Shown here: piece by piece, positions 25,145 through 39,129 of the stretch
How the letters are laid out: each line of letters starts with the position of its first letter
Numbering within the stretch: position 1 is the first letter of the stretch
Source: Macrostomum lignano
Lineage: Eukaryota
Assembly: GCA_002269645.1 (NCBI GenBank)
Contig: NIVC01000089.1
Location: forward strand, 986,078 to 1,050,077
Direction of reading: 5' to 3'
Length of the DNA stretch: 64,000 nucleotides
Made by a program: the position numbers and the translations under genes
The notes under the pieces: model-generated
Databases searched by the model: none
Told to the model about the DNA's origin: nothing
The model's input: only the letters and a program-made list of their open reading frames with translations

Positions 25145-26010
25145 TCACTCTCTTATCACTCTCTCCCATTGCTCTCTTATCACTCTCTCCCACCGCTCTC
25201 TTATCACTCTCTCCCATTGCTCTCTTATCACTCTCTCCCATTGCTCTCTTATCACTCTCTCCCATTGCTCTCTTATCACTCTCTCCCATTGCTCTCTCCC
25301 ATCGCTCTATTATTACTCTCTCCTATCGCTCTCTTATCACTCTCTCCAACCGCTCTCTTATCACTCTCTCCCACCGCTCTCTTATCACTCTCTCCCACCG
25401 CTCTCTTATCACTCTCTCCCATTGCTCTCTTATCACTCTCTCCCATTGCTCTCTTATCACTTTCTCCCACCGCTCTCTTATCACTCTCTCCCATCGCTCT
25501 CTTATCACTCTCTCTCATTGCTCTCTCCCATCACTCTCTTATTACTCTCTCCCATCGATCTCTTATCACTCTCTCCCACCGCTCTCTTATCACTCTCTCC
25601 CATCGCTCTCTTATCACTCTCTCCCGTCGCTCTCTTATCACTCTCTCCCACCGCTCTCTTATCACTCTCTCCCATCGCTCTCTTATCACTCTCTCCCATC
25701 GCTCTCTTATCACTCTCTCCCATCGCTCTCTTATCACTCTCTCCCATTGCTCTCTCCCATCGCTCTATTATTACTCTCTCCTATCGCTCTCTTATCACTC
25801 TCTCCAACCGCTCTCTTATCACTCTCTCCCACCGCTCTCTTATCACTCTCTCCCACCGCTCTCTTATCACTCTCTCCCATCGCTCTCTTATCACTCTCTC
25901 CCATCGCTCTCTTATCACTCTCTCTCATCGCTCTCTTATCACTCTCTCCCATCGCTCTCTTATCACTCTCTCCCATTGCTCTCTCTCTCATCGCTCTCTT
26001 ATCACTCTCG
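25145..26010. repeat. 24-bp intronic minisatellite (ctctcttatcactctctcccatcg)
   Basis: Tandem units. Confidence 0.96.
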
Positions 26011-26081
26011 CACAGCTCTTTCATCACTCTGTCCAACAACGCAACAAGCCTCCCACAGCCTCTCAATCTCAAGACGCTCAC

Positions 26082-26173
26082 CGAGAACTTTTCCTCGGCA
26101 GGTTTCGCTGAAGTTTCGAAACGGCCCCGTATCGACCCGTTCGCACCTGGCGCCCCAGTACGGCCGCGAGCAA
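26082..26173 (-). CDS. NRG: Neuregulin-like exon: EGF Cys5-Cys6 half plus stalk (CSRPYWGARCERVDTGPFRNFSETCRGKVL)
   Basis: tttctcccccgcag| acceptor, TCG|GTGAGC donor, 92 nt, phase 2 in and phase 1 out; canonical Y-x-G-x-R-C-E motif. Confidence 0.93.
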
Positions 26174-27089
26174 CTGCGGGGGAGAAACGCGTCGGATTTC
26201 AGATGTTTGGCACCAATTTGAATTTTTATTTTCAGGAATTTTACGCTACAAAGTAAATTTTAGGCTCTTGGCACCAAGTATTTTTAAAAGAAGTTATTTT
26301 CCACCTAGAATGGTTTTGTTTATTAACTAAAGAATAGAATTTTCGGATTTCTGATTCGGCATCAATTTGAATTTTGTTTTCCAAGAAATCTACGGACTAG
26401 ACAATCAAATTCTGGACACTTGGGCGCCAATTTAAATTTATTTTTTCTGAAATTTCTAAGCAGGCAGCATTTTTCAACTAACTAAATGCTTGGATTCTAG
26501 ATTTTGGCACACCTTTAAAATTTTTCTTTCTAAGAAATCAACAGATAGGCTTCATCAGTATTGGAAACTGTGGGCGGAACAGCGAGTCGTCTTACCATCG
26601 CAGCGGCTATCACGACCTGCTGCGCGGGCATGACATGTGGCCCGGTGCCCAGCAGAAAAACCGGGGATGTCAAAAAGATTTTTCTCTGGCTAAAATTCCC
26701 TAACAAGCTGACTGGGCAGGCGGCCTAGCGACCTAAAAAAACATTCTTACAGAGTCTCGGCCGGTTCGCGGCCCCTCCATCGCCGAACCCCCCCCCCCCC
26801 CCTGGTGCGGCCGGAGGCGCGCACGGCAAACAAAGGTGCGGCCGGGCAGGCGCAGCGATGAGAAAATAGAAAATACTGATGGCCGCGATGAAGGATGGAG
26901 TCTGATGCGTTTTCAATGGGCCTTGGGCGGCTTTAAGAGATAGAGAAAGAGAGAGGGCGGCGGTGAGGGATGGAGCTGTGAAAGCGGAGCAGGCGGTGGG
27001 GTCAGCGCGAAAATGGCACGTCACTGCAGATGGATTGGCCAGTTAATTATGAACTGCCGGCCTGGATGCGGCTGCCTGGCTACCTGTGT

Positions 27090-28285
<1,196 letters not shown>

Positions 28286-28819
28286 CCCCACTCATTCTTG
28301 CGTTACAGATAATCACGGCTCTGCTTATCTCAGACTCGGAGAGAAAATAGGCCCGCACCCCGAGACTGAGCCCGGTGGCGCCATCACGGCAATTGAATCG
28401 GAATCTGCCCGCTCCGGCAGTCAGACTCCGCCTCAGCGAGCAGCTAATATCAGTTGGAGGAGATGTTGGGGAGAGGCTGAAATGCTTGGCAGGCTGGAGT
28501 GCCGCATCAGCTGAGGAATTCTGACTTATCCCTCTGCCAGCAGAAATCATATTGCTGAAACACTTTTGTCCGCCTAGGGGGAGGGGATTGGGGGAGATGC
28601 TAAGCGATCCCATACCCACCCCGGATGCGAGCCTACTAGGGATTATTTGCCCACTTTTCATCCCACGCTTCGGCCGGGCTCTCGCTCAGATCCCAGCAAC
28701 AGGCAATGCGTGGGGGATGATTCGCTGACTAGATCGGATTTCAACTGCAGGTTTTTGTTGTTATTCACTTCGCTTGGGCGCGGCGCTGCTGTGCGTGGCA
28801 GGCCTGATTTCTGCCAGCG

Positions 28820-29860
28820 GGTGTCACTCCTATCCTGTGGTGTGTCACTCCTATTTTGTGGTGTGTCACTCCTATCTTGTGGTGTGTCACTCCTATCCAG
28901 CTTCGTGTCACTCCTATCCTGTATCGTGTCACTCCTATCCTGCTGTGTGTCACTCCTATCCTGCTGTGTGTCACTCCAATCCTGTTGTGTGTCACTTAGA
29001 TCCTGTTGTGTGTCACTTAGATCCTGCTGTGTGTCACTCCAATCCTGTTGTGTGTCACTTAGATCCTGTTGTGTGTCACTCCTATCTTGTGGTGTGTCAC
29101 TCCTATCCAGCTTCGTGTCACTCCTATCCTGTATTGTGTCACTCCTATCCTGCTGTGTGTCACTCCTATCCTGCTGTGTGTCACTCCAATCCTGTTGTGT
29201 GTCACTTAGATCCTGTTGTGTGTCACTTAGATCCTGCTGTGTGTCACTCCAATCCTGTTGTGTGTCACTTAGATCCTGTTGTGTGTCACTCCTATCCTGT
29301 GGTGTGTCACTTAGATCCTGTTGTGTGTCACTCCTATCCTGTGGTGTGTCACTCCTATCCTGCTGTGTGTCATTCTTATCCTGTTGTGTGTCACTCTTAA
29401 TTATTGTTGTGTGTCACTCTCCATTCTTATTGTGTGTCACTCTTAATTATTGTTGTGTGTCACTCTCCATTCTTATTGTGTGTCACTCTCCATTCCTATT
29501 GTGTGTCACTCGACCGATTCTGTTGTGTGTTATGCACTTTCAATTCCTGTTGTGTCACCCTTCAGTCCTGTTGTGTGTCACTCTTAATTCCTGTTGTGTC
29601 ACTCCTAATTCCTGTTGTGTGTCGCTCCTAATTCCTGTTGTGTCACTCCTAATTCCTATTGTGTGTCACTCCTAATTCCTGTTGTGTCACTCCTAATTCC
29701 TATTGTGTGTCACTCCTAATTCCTGTTGTGTCACTCCTAATTCCTATTGTGTGTCACTCCTAATTCCTGTTGTGTCACTCCTAATTCCTGTTGTGTGTCA
29801 CTCCTAATTCCTGTTGTGTCACTCCTAATTCCTGTTGTGTGTCACTCCTAATTCGATCCT
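28820..29860. repeat. ~21-bp minisatellite (gtgtcactcctatcctgttgt) with higher-order blocks
   Basis: Tandem units; runs of variants recur. Confidence 0.94.
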
Positions 29861-30195
29861 GTTCTGGGTCACTCTCCATTTTTAGGTGCATCACTCTCGA
29901 TTCACCTCGTCTATAAATAGATGAGCTCAATCCCGCTCCTTCTTGATGACAGTTTAGCGGCCTCCCGAGCACCGCACTGGGCTAATATTTAAACTACCCC
30001 GGCAACCAGGCGGCTGCTTCAAACAATTTTTGTCGGCTTAAGCGGGCGTTTAGTTGCTCATAGCTCGTATAGGAAATACCAGTATGTATCTACCAGGGAA
30101 TTCGCGGGCTGAAATCAGTTCAACATCAAGGATATCCATTTACCGATAGAGTTTGGCGCATAATATTAGCGCAAAAAGGCAGAGACACAACTTAC

Positions 30196-30274
30196 TTGCA
30201 GGCTGGCGGACTGCTCACGGACTGCCTTGAGCAGGTGCCGTTGTTTAGGCAGTAGAACGCTGGGCAGGACGGCT
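30196..30274 (-). CDS. NRG: Neuregulin-like exon: EGF Cys1-Cys4 (PSCPAFYCLNNGTCSRQSVSSPPAC)
   Basis: tttttcccag| acceptor, CAA|GTAAGT donor, 79 nt, phase 1 in and phase 2 out; C-LNNGT-C EGF signature. Confidence 0.95.
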
Positions 30275-30339
30275 CTGGGAAAATTTATAACGTAATGTAC
30301 TTTTGTGCACTTGACTGGTGGAACCCAACTGTCCATATG

Positions 30340-31427
30340 ACCGATCTCTCTATGACTCTCAGTGAGCTTGAGTCATCGATCTCTCTATAACTCTCAGTGA
30401 GCTTGAGTCATCGATCTCTCTATGACTCTCAGTGAGCTTGAGGACACAGATCTCTCTATGACTCTCAGTGAGATTGAGGACACAGATCTCTCTATGACTC
30501 TCAGTGAGATTGAGGACACAGATCTCTCTATGACTCTCAGTGAGATTGGGACACAGATCTCTCTATGACTCTCAGTGAGATTGAGGACACAGATCTCTCT
30601 GTGACTCTCAGTGAGATTGAGGACACAGATCTCTCTATGACTCTCAGTGAGATTGAGGACACAGATCTCTCTGTGACTCTCAGTGAGATTGGGACACAGA
30701 TCTCTCTATGACTCTCAGTGAGATTGAGGACACAGATCTCTCTGTGACTCTCAGTGAGATTGGGACACAGATCTCTCTATGACTCTCAGTGAGATTGAGG
30801 ACACAGATCTCTCTGTGACTCTCAGTAAGATTGGGACACAGATCTCTCTGTGACTCTCAGTGAGATTGAGGACACAGATCTCTCTATGACTCTCAGTGAG
30901 ATTGAGGACACAGATCTCTCTATGACTCTCAGTGAGATTGAGGACACAGATCTCTCTATGACTCTCAGTGAGATTGAGGACACAGATCTCTCTATGACTC
31001 TCAGTGAGATTGAGGACACAGATCTCTCTGTGACTCTCAGTGAGATTGAGGACACAGATCTCTCTATGACTCTCAGTGAGATTGGGACACAGATATCTCT
31101 ATGACTCTCAGTGAGATTGAGGACACAGATCTCTCTGTGACTCTCAGTGAGATTGGGACACAGATCTCTCTATGACTCTCAGTGAGATTGAGGACACAGA
31201 TCTCTCTGTGACTCTCAGTGAGATTGGGACACAGATCTCTCTATGACTCTCAGTGAGATTGAGGACACAGATCTCTCTGTGACTCTCAGTGAGATTGAGG
31301 ACACAGATCTCTCTGTGACTCTCAGTGAGATTGGGACACAGATCTCTCTATGACTCTCAGTGAGATTGGGACACAGATCTCTCTGTGACTCTCAGTGAGA
31401 TTGGGACACAGATCTCTCTGTGACTCT
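30340..31427. repeat. 36-bp intronic minisatellite (gatctctctatgactctcagtgagattgaggacaca), ~30 copies
   Basis: Tandem units, each with a tctca-g-tgaga quasi-palindrome. Confidence 0.96.
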
Positions 31428-31480
31428 CTTCCTTCCTAGGTTGAGCACCCCAGCAGGCTGACCAAGGCAGCCGGACTCAC

Positions 31481-31594
31481 TTCGCCACTCCGCTGGCAGG
31501 GGCGTCACGGCTGGCGGCGAGGGCTTCGGCTCCTGGGGTTGAACTGAATCGGCGGTGCGGGTGGGTGAGCGGCTTCGAGTGAGAAATTGATGAG
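31481..31594 (-). CDS. NRG: Neuregulin-like exon: Pro/Ser/Thr-rich Ig-EGF linker
   Basis: gcctgcag| acceptor, GAA|GTGAGT donor, 114 nt, phase 1 in and phase 1 out; HQFLTRSRSPTRTADSVQPQEPKPSPPAVTPLPAEWR. Confidence 0.88.
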
Positions 31595-31611
31595 CTGCAG
31601 GCTTAAGTGCT

Positions 31612-31912
31612 CATGTTTCCACTGTCTCATTTCCGCTGTCTCATTTCCACTGTCCCATTTCCGCTGTCTCATTTCCGCTGTCTCATTTCCGCTGTCTCAT
31701 TTCCGCTTACTCATTTCCGCTGTCTCATTTCCGCTGTCTCATGTCCACTGTCTCATTTCCGCTGTCTCATTTCCGCTGTCTCATTTCCGCTGTCTCATTT
31801 CCGCTGTCTCATTTCCGCTGTCTCATTTCCACTGTCTCATTTCCGCTGTCTCATTTCCGCTGTCTCATTTCCGCTGTCTCATTTCCGCTGTCTCATTTCC
31901 GCTGTCTCATTT
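31612..31912. repeat. 14-bp minisatellite (ctgtctcatttccg)
   Basis: ~21 tandem units. Confidence 0.95.
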
Positions 31913-32296
31913 CACAGATCAAAGCCAGACATCTTTAAAATCCGTGAGCATTGATCTGGCCCTCCATTCATGGACATTCACGATTGCAGATTTTATAGCA
32001 TTCAGAGATTTTATTCGCGCATATAAATTTCCCAATTTCAAAAGAACCTGTCAAAAGCAGCGATTTTTTTATCTTTGCCGTAGATCAGTGAAACACTGCA
32101 CTCGTGCGAACCCCGTCAAACGAACTCTTCTGCTAGAAATGGGCAAATCAGCGAAGATTTAATCACTGAAAAGATGCTGGATTTGCGTGCGATGCAGCAC
32201 TGTGAGCTACCAGACACCTGCGCTTGTATCAGCGAATCTCGGTTTCCAGTTCACCAGGTTTCTCCCCGCTGTCTGCCCCGGTTCATCTGTCTCCTG

Positions 32297-32845
32297 CTCA
32301 CTCTCCTATCTCACCCACCTACTCTCCTATCTCACCCACCTACTCTCCTATCTCACCCACCTACTCTCCTATCTCACCCACCTACTCTCCTATCTCACAA
32401 ACCTACTCTCCTATCTCACCCACCTACTCTCCTATCTCACCCACCTACTCTCCTATCTCACCCACCTACTCTCCTATCTCACCCACCTACTCTCCTATCT
32501 CACCCACCTACTCTCCTATCTCACCCACCTACTCTCCTATCTCACCCACCTACTCTCCTATCTCACAAACCTACTCTCCTATCTCACCCACCTACTCTCC
32601 TATCTCACCCACCTACTCTCCTATCTCACCCACCTACTCTCCTATCTCACCCACCTACTCTCCTATCTCACCCATCTACTCTCCTATCTCATCCACCTAC
32701 TCTCCTATCTCACACATCTACTCTCCAATCTCACCCACCTACTCTCCAATCTCACCCACCTACTCTCCAATCTCACCCACCTACTCTCCTATCTCTCTCC
32801 CAACTCTCCTCTCCCCCACCCACTCTCCTATCTCATCCACCTACT
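32297..32845 (+). repeat. 21-bp minisatellite (tactctcctatctcacccacc) encoding YSPISPT heptads, Pol II CTD-like
   Basis: ~26 heptads within ORF 32224..32865. Confidence 0.95.
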
Positions 32846-34615
32846 CTCCTTTCTCCCCAAACTAATCTCCTTTCTCCATAAACTAATCTCCTTTCTCCAT
32901 AAACTAATCTCCTTTCTCCATAAACTAATCTCCTTTCTCCATAAACTAATCCCCTTTCTCGCCAAACTAATCTCCTTTCTCCCCAAACTAATCTCCTTTC
33001 TCCCTAAACTAATCTCCTTTCTCCCCAAACTAATCTCCTTTCTCCCCAAACTAATCTCCTTTCTCCCTAAACTAATCTCCTTTCTCCCCAAACTAATCTC
33101 CTTTCTCCCTAAACTAATCTCCTTTCTCCCCAAACTAATCTCCTTTCTCCCCAAACTAATCTCCTTTCTCCCCAAACTAATCTCCTTTCTCCATAAACTA
33201 ATCTCCTTTCTCCATAAACTAAAATCTACTTTCTCCATAAACTAATCTCCTTTCTCCATAAACTAATCTCCTTTCTCCATAAACTAATCCCCTTTCTCCC
33301 CAAACTAAAATCTCCTTTCTCCCCAAACTAATCTCCTTTCTCCCTAAACTAATCTCCTTTCTCCCTAAACTAATCTCCTTTCTCCCTAAACTAATCTCCT
33401 TTCTCCATAAACTAAAATCTCCTTTCTCCATAAACTAAAATCTCCTTTCTCCATAAACTAATCTCCTTTCTCCATAAACTAAAATCTCCTTTCTCCATAA
33501 ACTAATCTCCTTTCTCCCCAAACTAATCTCCTTTCTCCATAAACTAAAATCTCCTTTCTCCATAAACTAATCTCCTTTCTCCATAAACTAATCTCCTTTC
33601 TCCCTAAACTAATCTCCTTTCTCCATAAACTAATCTCCTTTCTCCATAAACTAAAATCTCCTTTCTCCATAAACTAAAATCTCCTTTCTCCATAAACTAA
33701 TCTCCTTTCTCCATAAACTAAAATCTCCTTTTCCATAAACTAATCTCCTTTCTCCATAAACTAATCTCCTTTCTCCATAAACTAAAATCTCCTTTCTCCA
33801 TAAACTAAAATCTCCTTTCTCCATAAACTAATCTCCTTTCTCCATAAACTAAAATCTCCTTTCTCCATAAACTAATCTCCTTTCTCCATAAACTAATCTC
33901 CTTTCTCCCTAAACTAATCTCCTTTCTCCATAAACTAATCTCCTTTCTCCATAAACTAAAATCTCCTTTCTCCATAAACTAATCTCCTTTCTCCATAAAC
34001 TAAAATCTCCTTTCTCGCTAAACTAATCTCCTTTCTCCCCAAACTAATCTCCTTTCTCCATAAACTAAAATCTCCTTTCTCCATAAACTAATCTCCTTTC
34101 TCCATAAACTAATCTCCTTTCTCCCTAAACTAATCTCCTTTCTCCATAAACTAATCTCCTTTCTCCATAAACTAAAATCTCCTTTCTCCATAAACTAAAA
34201 TCTCCTTTCTCCATAAACTAAAATCTCCTTTCTCGCTAAACTAATCTCCTTTCTCCCCAAACTAATCTCCTTTCTCCATAAACTAATCTCCTTTCTCCAT
34301 AAACTAAAATCTCCTTTCTCCATAAACTAAAATCTCCTTTCTCCATAAACTAAAATCTCCTTTCTCCATAAACTAATCTCCTTTCTCCCCAAACTAATCT
34401 CTTTTCTCCCCAAACTAATCTCCTTTCTCCCCAAACTAATCCCCTTTCTCGCTAAACTAATCTCCTTTCTCCATAAACTAATCTCCTTTCTCCATAAACT
34501 AAAATCTCCTTTCTCTATAAACTAATCTCCTTTCTCCCCAAACTAATCTCCTTTCTCCCCAAACTAATCTCCTTTCTCCCCAAACTATCCTCCTTTCTCC
34601 CCAAACTAATCTCCT
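32846..34615. repeat. 21/23-bp minisatellite (taatctcctttctccccaaac), ~80 copies, related to the preceding array
   Basis: Same register as the YSPISPT unit, with TAC changed to TAA. Confidence 0.96.
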
Positions 34616-34965
34616 CTGCAAACTCTCTTGTCTGTCCCATCCTCCCCCCCAGCCGCCCTCTCAGCGAAAGTAAAGTGAAAATAATAATTGATATATCCCT
34701 ACTCAGTGCACTGGCTACTGCTACCAGCGATCCGGGCTCTTAGAAATTAATTTGTAATGAGACTGCGCGACAAAGCGGGGGTGGAAGCTCGCCATAAATT
34801 ATTTCTATATTTCGTGCTCAGTAATTTACAGCCCTGGCCTAGGTTTAATCAGCCTTCATCATCTTATCTAAGCGATGTGATTATGATAATGGATTTCATG
34901 CTCACTGCGGGGCAGATTCGTCCAATGAAACTGCCAATAAATACGTAACTGAGGGAGAAACTTAC

Positions 34966-35081
34966 CGTCCACAAAGACCCATTTCTGAATTGATCCGTGA
35001 TTGTTCTCCGCTCTGCAGGTGTAATTTCCGGAGTCGCGTTCCAGGATGCGCGATATGCGCAGGGTGGACACCAGCTGGTGC
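34966..35081 (-). CDS. NRG: Neuregulin-like exon: Ig domain C-half (HQLVSTLRISRILERDSGNYTCRAENNHGSIQKWVFVD)
   Basis: D-x-G-x-Y-x-C Ig motif; ccccccaacag| acceptor, ACG|GTAAGT donor, 116 nt, phase 2 in and phase 1 out. Confidence 0.95.
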
Positions 35082-35099
35082 CTGTTGGGGGGTTGGTCC

Positions 35100-35865
<766 letters not shown>

Positions 35866-36677
35866 AGCAGTCTCACAGTCTCACACAGAAAAGTAGGAAA
35901 CAAAGCAGGCTCTGAAACTGTCCACAGATATTGTGAAGTGAAATCTTTTGAACCCACTAGCAGAGAAAATAATCTCCTAGCCTCCGAAAGTGATGATGAA
36001 AGCATGATAATGCAATCAATGACAAGTTGACAGCGAGTCAGATGAATGGACACAGATATTGGATCCCATCATCTTGAGTGCGGGATCTTGAAGAGGCCAA
36101 CCGCACAGCCGGAAACTGCGTCTTTCTATGGGAATCATTTAATCACGCAGAGGCAGCGGGGAAAAGCAAAAAAGGCATCTCGGGAGCTCGGGGAGGCGGG
36201 CGGGTTGGGGACGCCACACTGACTGGCCCTCCCAATTATTGTCGAAGATTACGCCAGTAGTAGTAGTGGGGGTTGAGGATTTGGTTTTGACGGAGATTTC
36301 CCATCGCCCTTCCCCCTCTCCCATCCTTAAGCCAGCGAGTTGAGCGTGTGGAGAAGATAAGGGAGATGAGCAGACCAGCGGCTAACTGAGGCGTGCGGGG
36401 TGGCGGGCAAGTGAGCAGGCAGGGGCGGACAAGGCCGCATTATTAACACTCTCGGCCCTCTTGATTACAGCCGGCCAGCCATGAAGGTGCAAAAGGCCGC
36501 CCTGGGCTGTGGCTTCGAGTCCGGAGGGGTGGCGGGGCGGCGCCGCGGTTGCTAACATCGAATTAATTTTCTAGACTGTAGCCAGACTCGCCAGCCCTCA
36601 TCCCCCGACTCGGCGGCGCCCCGGTTGTCAAACATACTGGGCTGTGAATGTGAGGCTCCACTAGTGCACCTGAGTCC

Positions 36678-37645
36678 CCACTCACTCACTCACTCACTCA
36701 CTCACTCACTCACTCACTCACTCACTCACTCACTCACTCACTCACTCACTCACTCACTCACTCACTCACTCACTCACTCACTCACTCACTCACTCACTCA
36801 CTCACTCACTCACTCACTCACTCACTCACTCACTCACTCACTCACTCACTCACTCATGAGCTCACTCATGAGCTCACTCACTCACTCACTCATGAGCTCA
36901 CTCACTCACTCACTCACTCACTCGCTCACTCACTCACTCACTCACTCACTCACTCACTCACTCACTCATAAGCTCACTCACTCATGAGCTCACTCACTCA
37001 CTCACTCACTCACTCACTCACTCACTCACTCACTCACTCACTCACTCACTCACTCACTCACTCACTCACTCACTCACTCACTCACTCACTCACTCACTCA
37101 CTCACTCACTCACTCACTCACTCACTCACTCACTCACTCACTTATGAGCTCACTCACTCACTCACTCACTCACTCACTCACTCACTCACTCACTCACTCA
37201 CTCACTCACTCACTCACTCACTCACTCACTCACTCACTCACTCACTCACTCACTCACTCACTCACTCACTCACTCACTCACTCACTCACTCACTCACTCA
37301 CTCACTCACTCACTCACTCACTCACTCACTCACTCACTCACTCACTCACTCACTCACTCACTCACTCACTCACTCACTCACTCACTCACTCTCACTCACT
37401 CACTCACTCACTCACTCACTCACTCACTCACTCACTCACTCACTCACTCACTCACTCACTCACTCACTCACTCACTCACTCACTCACTCACTCACTCACT
37501 CACTCACTCACTCACTCACTCACTCACTCACTCACTCACTCACTCACTCACTCACTCACTCACTCACTCACTCACTCACTCACTCACTCACTCACTCACT
37601 CACTCACTCACTCACTCACTCACTCACTCACTCACTCCCTTTCAC
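36678..37645. repeat. (CACT)n microsatellite
   Basis: Read directly. Confidence 0.98.
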
Positions 37646-38189
37646 TCACTCACTTTCCCTCTCAAGCTACACAACTGTCTGCTTCTCTCCCTCTCTCCCA
37701 TTCCTCTCAGTGTTTTGGGCCCGACACAGGTTGCCACACAAAGCATCAATATGCGTCTTTCTGCTTCTTGAAGCCGGGCAAGACAGGCCGCCGCAGCAGT
37801 CCCAAACCCTTCATTCGCCCCAGCATCTTGTGCCCTATTGTTCTTCATCTTTAAAAGCATCTTGAGAGCTCCACACCTTTTTGTGGGGCGGTAAGAAATC
37901 AATCGATGCCCTGCAGAGAAGTGAGATAGGGAGGAAAATGCAAAACAGACAAGGGTTTGCAGTTCACGCCGGGTTCAGCCTCCGCGAGATGGAGGACTCC
38001 AAGGTAGGCGAAAATGGATCTCCCTATTCAAAAGGAATTCAAGTTGAAGTTTGTGTAACCAAGAAAAGCAGATGCTGGCACGGGAGTGAGGTTATTAGTC
38101 AGGTTAATCTCAAGTCACGCTTATGACACAGACAGCAGCTGCCGGCCTGGCGGGAGAGGTGAGATGGAGCGGCTGATCTGTTCAGCTGG

Positions 38190-38830
38190 GGAGTAGACAG
38201 GGGGAGCAGGGGAAGCAGGGGGAGTGGATTGAGAGGAAATCGATAGAAGAGATAGAGGAAAATCGGAAGGTAGATAAGGGAGAGATTAAGATGTAGATGG
38301 GGAGAGATTGAAAGGTAGATAAGCGAGACTGAGAGGTAGCTAGGGAGATTGAAAGGTAGCTAGGAGAGTTTGAAAAGTAGATAAGGAAGAGATTAAGAGG
38401 TAGATAGAGCAGATTGAGAGGTAGATAGGGGAGATTGAGAGGTAGATAGGGGAGATTTGAGAGGTGATGGGGATATTGAGAGGTAGACAGAGGAGATTCA
38501 GAGGTAGATAGAGGAGATTGAGGTAGATAGGGGAGACGGAGAGGTACAAAGAGCAGACTGAGAGGTAGATAGGGGAGATTGAAAGGTAGATAAGGGAGAT
38601 ATTGAGAGGTAGATTGGGAAGATTGAGAGGTGAATTCAGGAGATTGAAAAGCAGATGGGGAGATCGATAGGCAGATAGGGGAGATCGAGAGGTACATGAA
38701 AGAGATTGAGAGGCATATTAGGTAGATTAAGAGGTAGATGGGGGAGATTAAGAGGCCCATGAGGGAGATTGAGAGGTATCTAGGGGAGACTAAAAATCGG
38801 ATTGATATAGAGGACGGAGATTGAAAGATA
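38190..38830. repeat. Degenerate ~21-bp purine repeat (gagattgagaggtagataggg)
   Basis: Tandem degenerate units. Confidence 0.85.
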
Positions 38831-38857
38831 GCTTTAGAGGGAGAAGGAGTGACTCAC

Positions 38858-39050
38858 TGCGTCTCGTCTTCGCTGTTGACCTCCTCCCTCTCGATGCGGA
38901 CGTTGCTGGTCAGCACCAGGTTGCGGCCGTTCTTGATCCAGAGAATCTTGGGGTTGGGCTTGCCGCGGGCCCGGCACTTGACGATGAGAGTCTTGCCCTG
39001 CCGGATGCTGATCTGGTTGCCCTGCGGGTACACCACCTCCGGCTCCGAGG
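38858..39050 (-). CDS. NRG: Neuregulin-like exon: Ig (I-set) domain N-half (SEPEVVYPQGNQISIRQGKTLIVKCRARGKPNPKILWIKNGRNLVLTSNVRIEREEVNSEDET)
   Basis: C-x-A-x-G-x-P-x-P-x-I-x-W-x-K-N-G I-set motif; gttcccgcag| acceptor, GCA|GTGAGT donor, 193 nt, phase 1 in and phase 2 out. Confidence 0.96.
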
Positions 39051-39129
39051 CTGCGGGAACGGCGACAATTGGGGGTTGGCGGTGGCGTGCGTTAGCTTGG
39101 CGCCATTATGGTGGCGCCCTTAGAGTAGC

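Noticed and set aside
30340-31427. 36-bp repeats with an internal palindrome, CRISPR-like in unit length
   Set aside because: Units are head-to-tail with no unique spacers, there are no cas genes, and the context is a eukaryotic intron.
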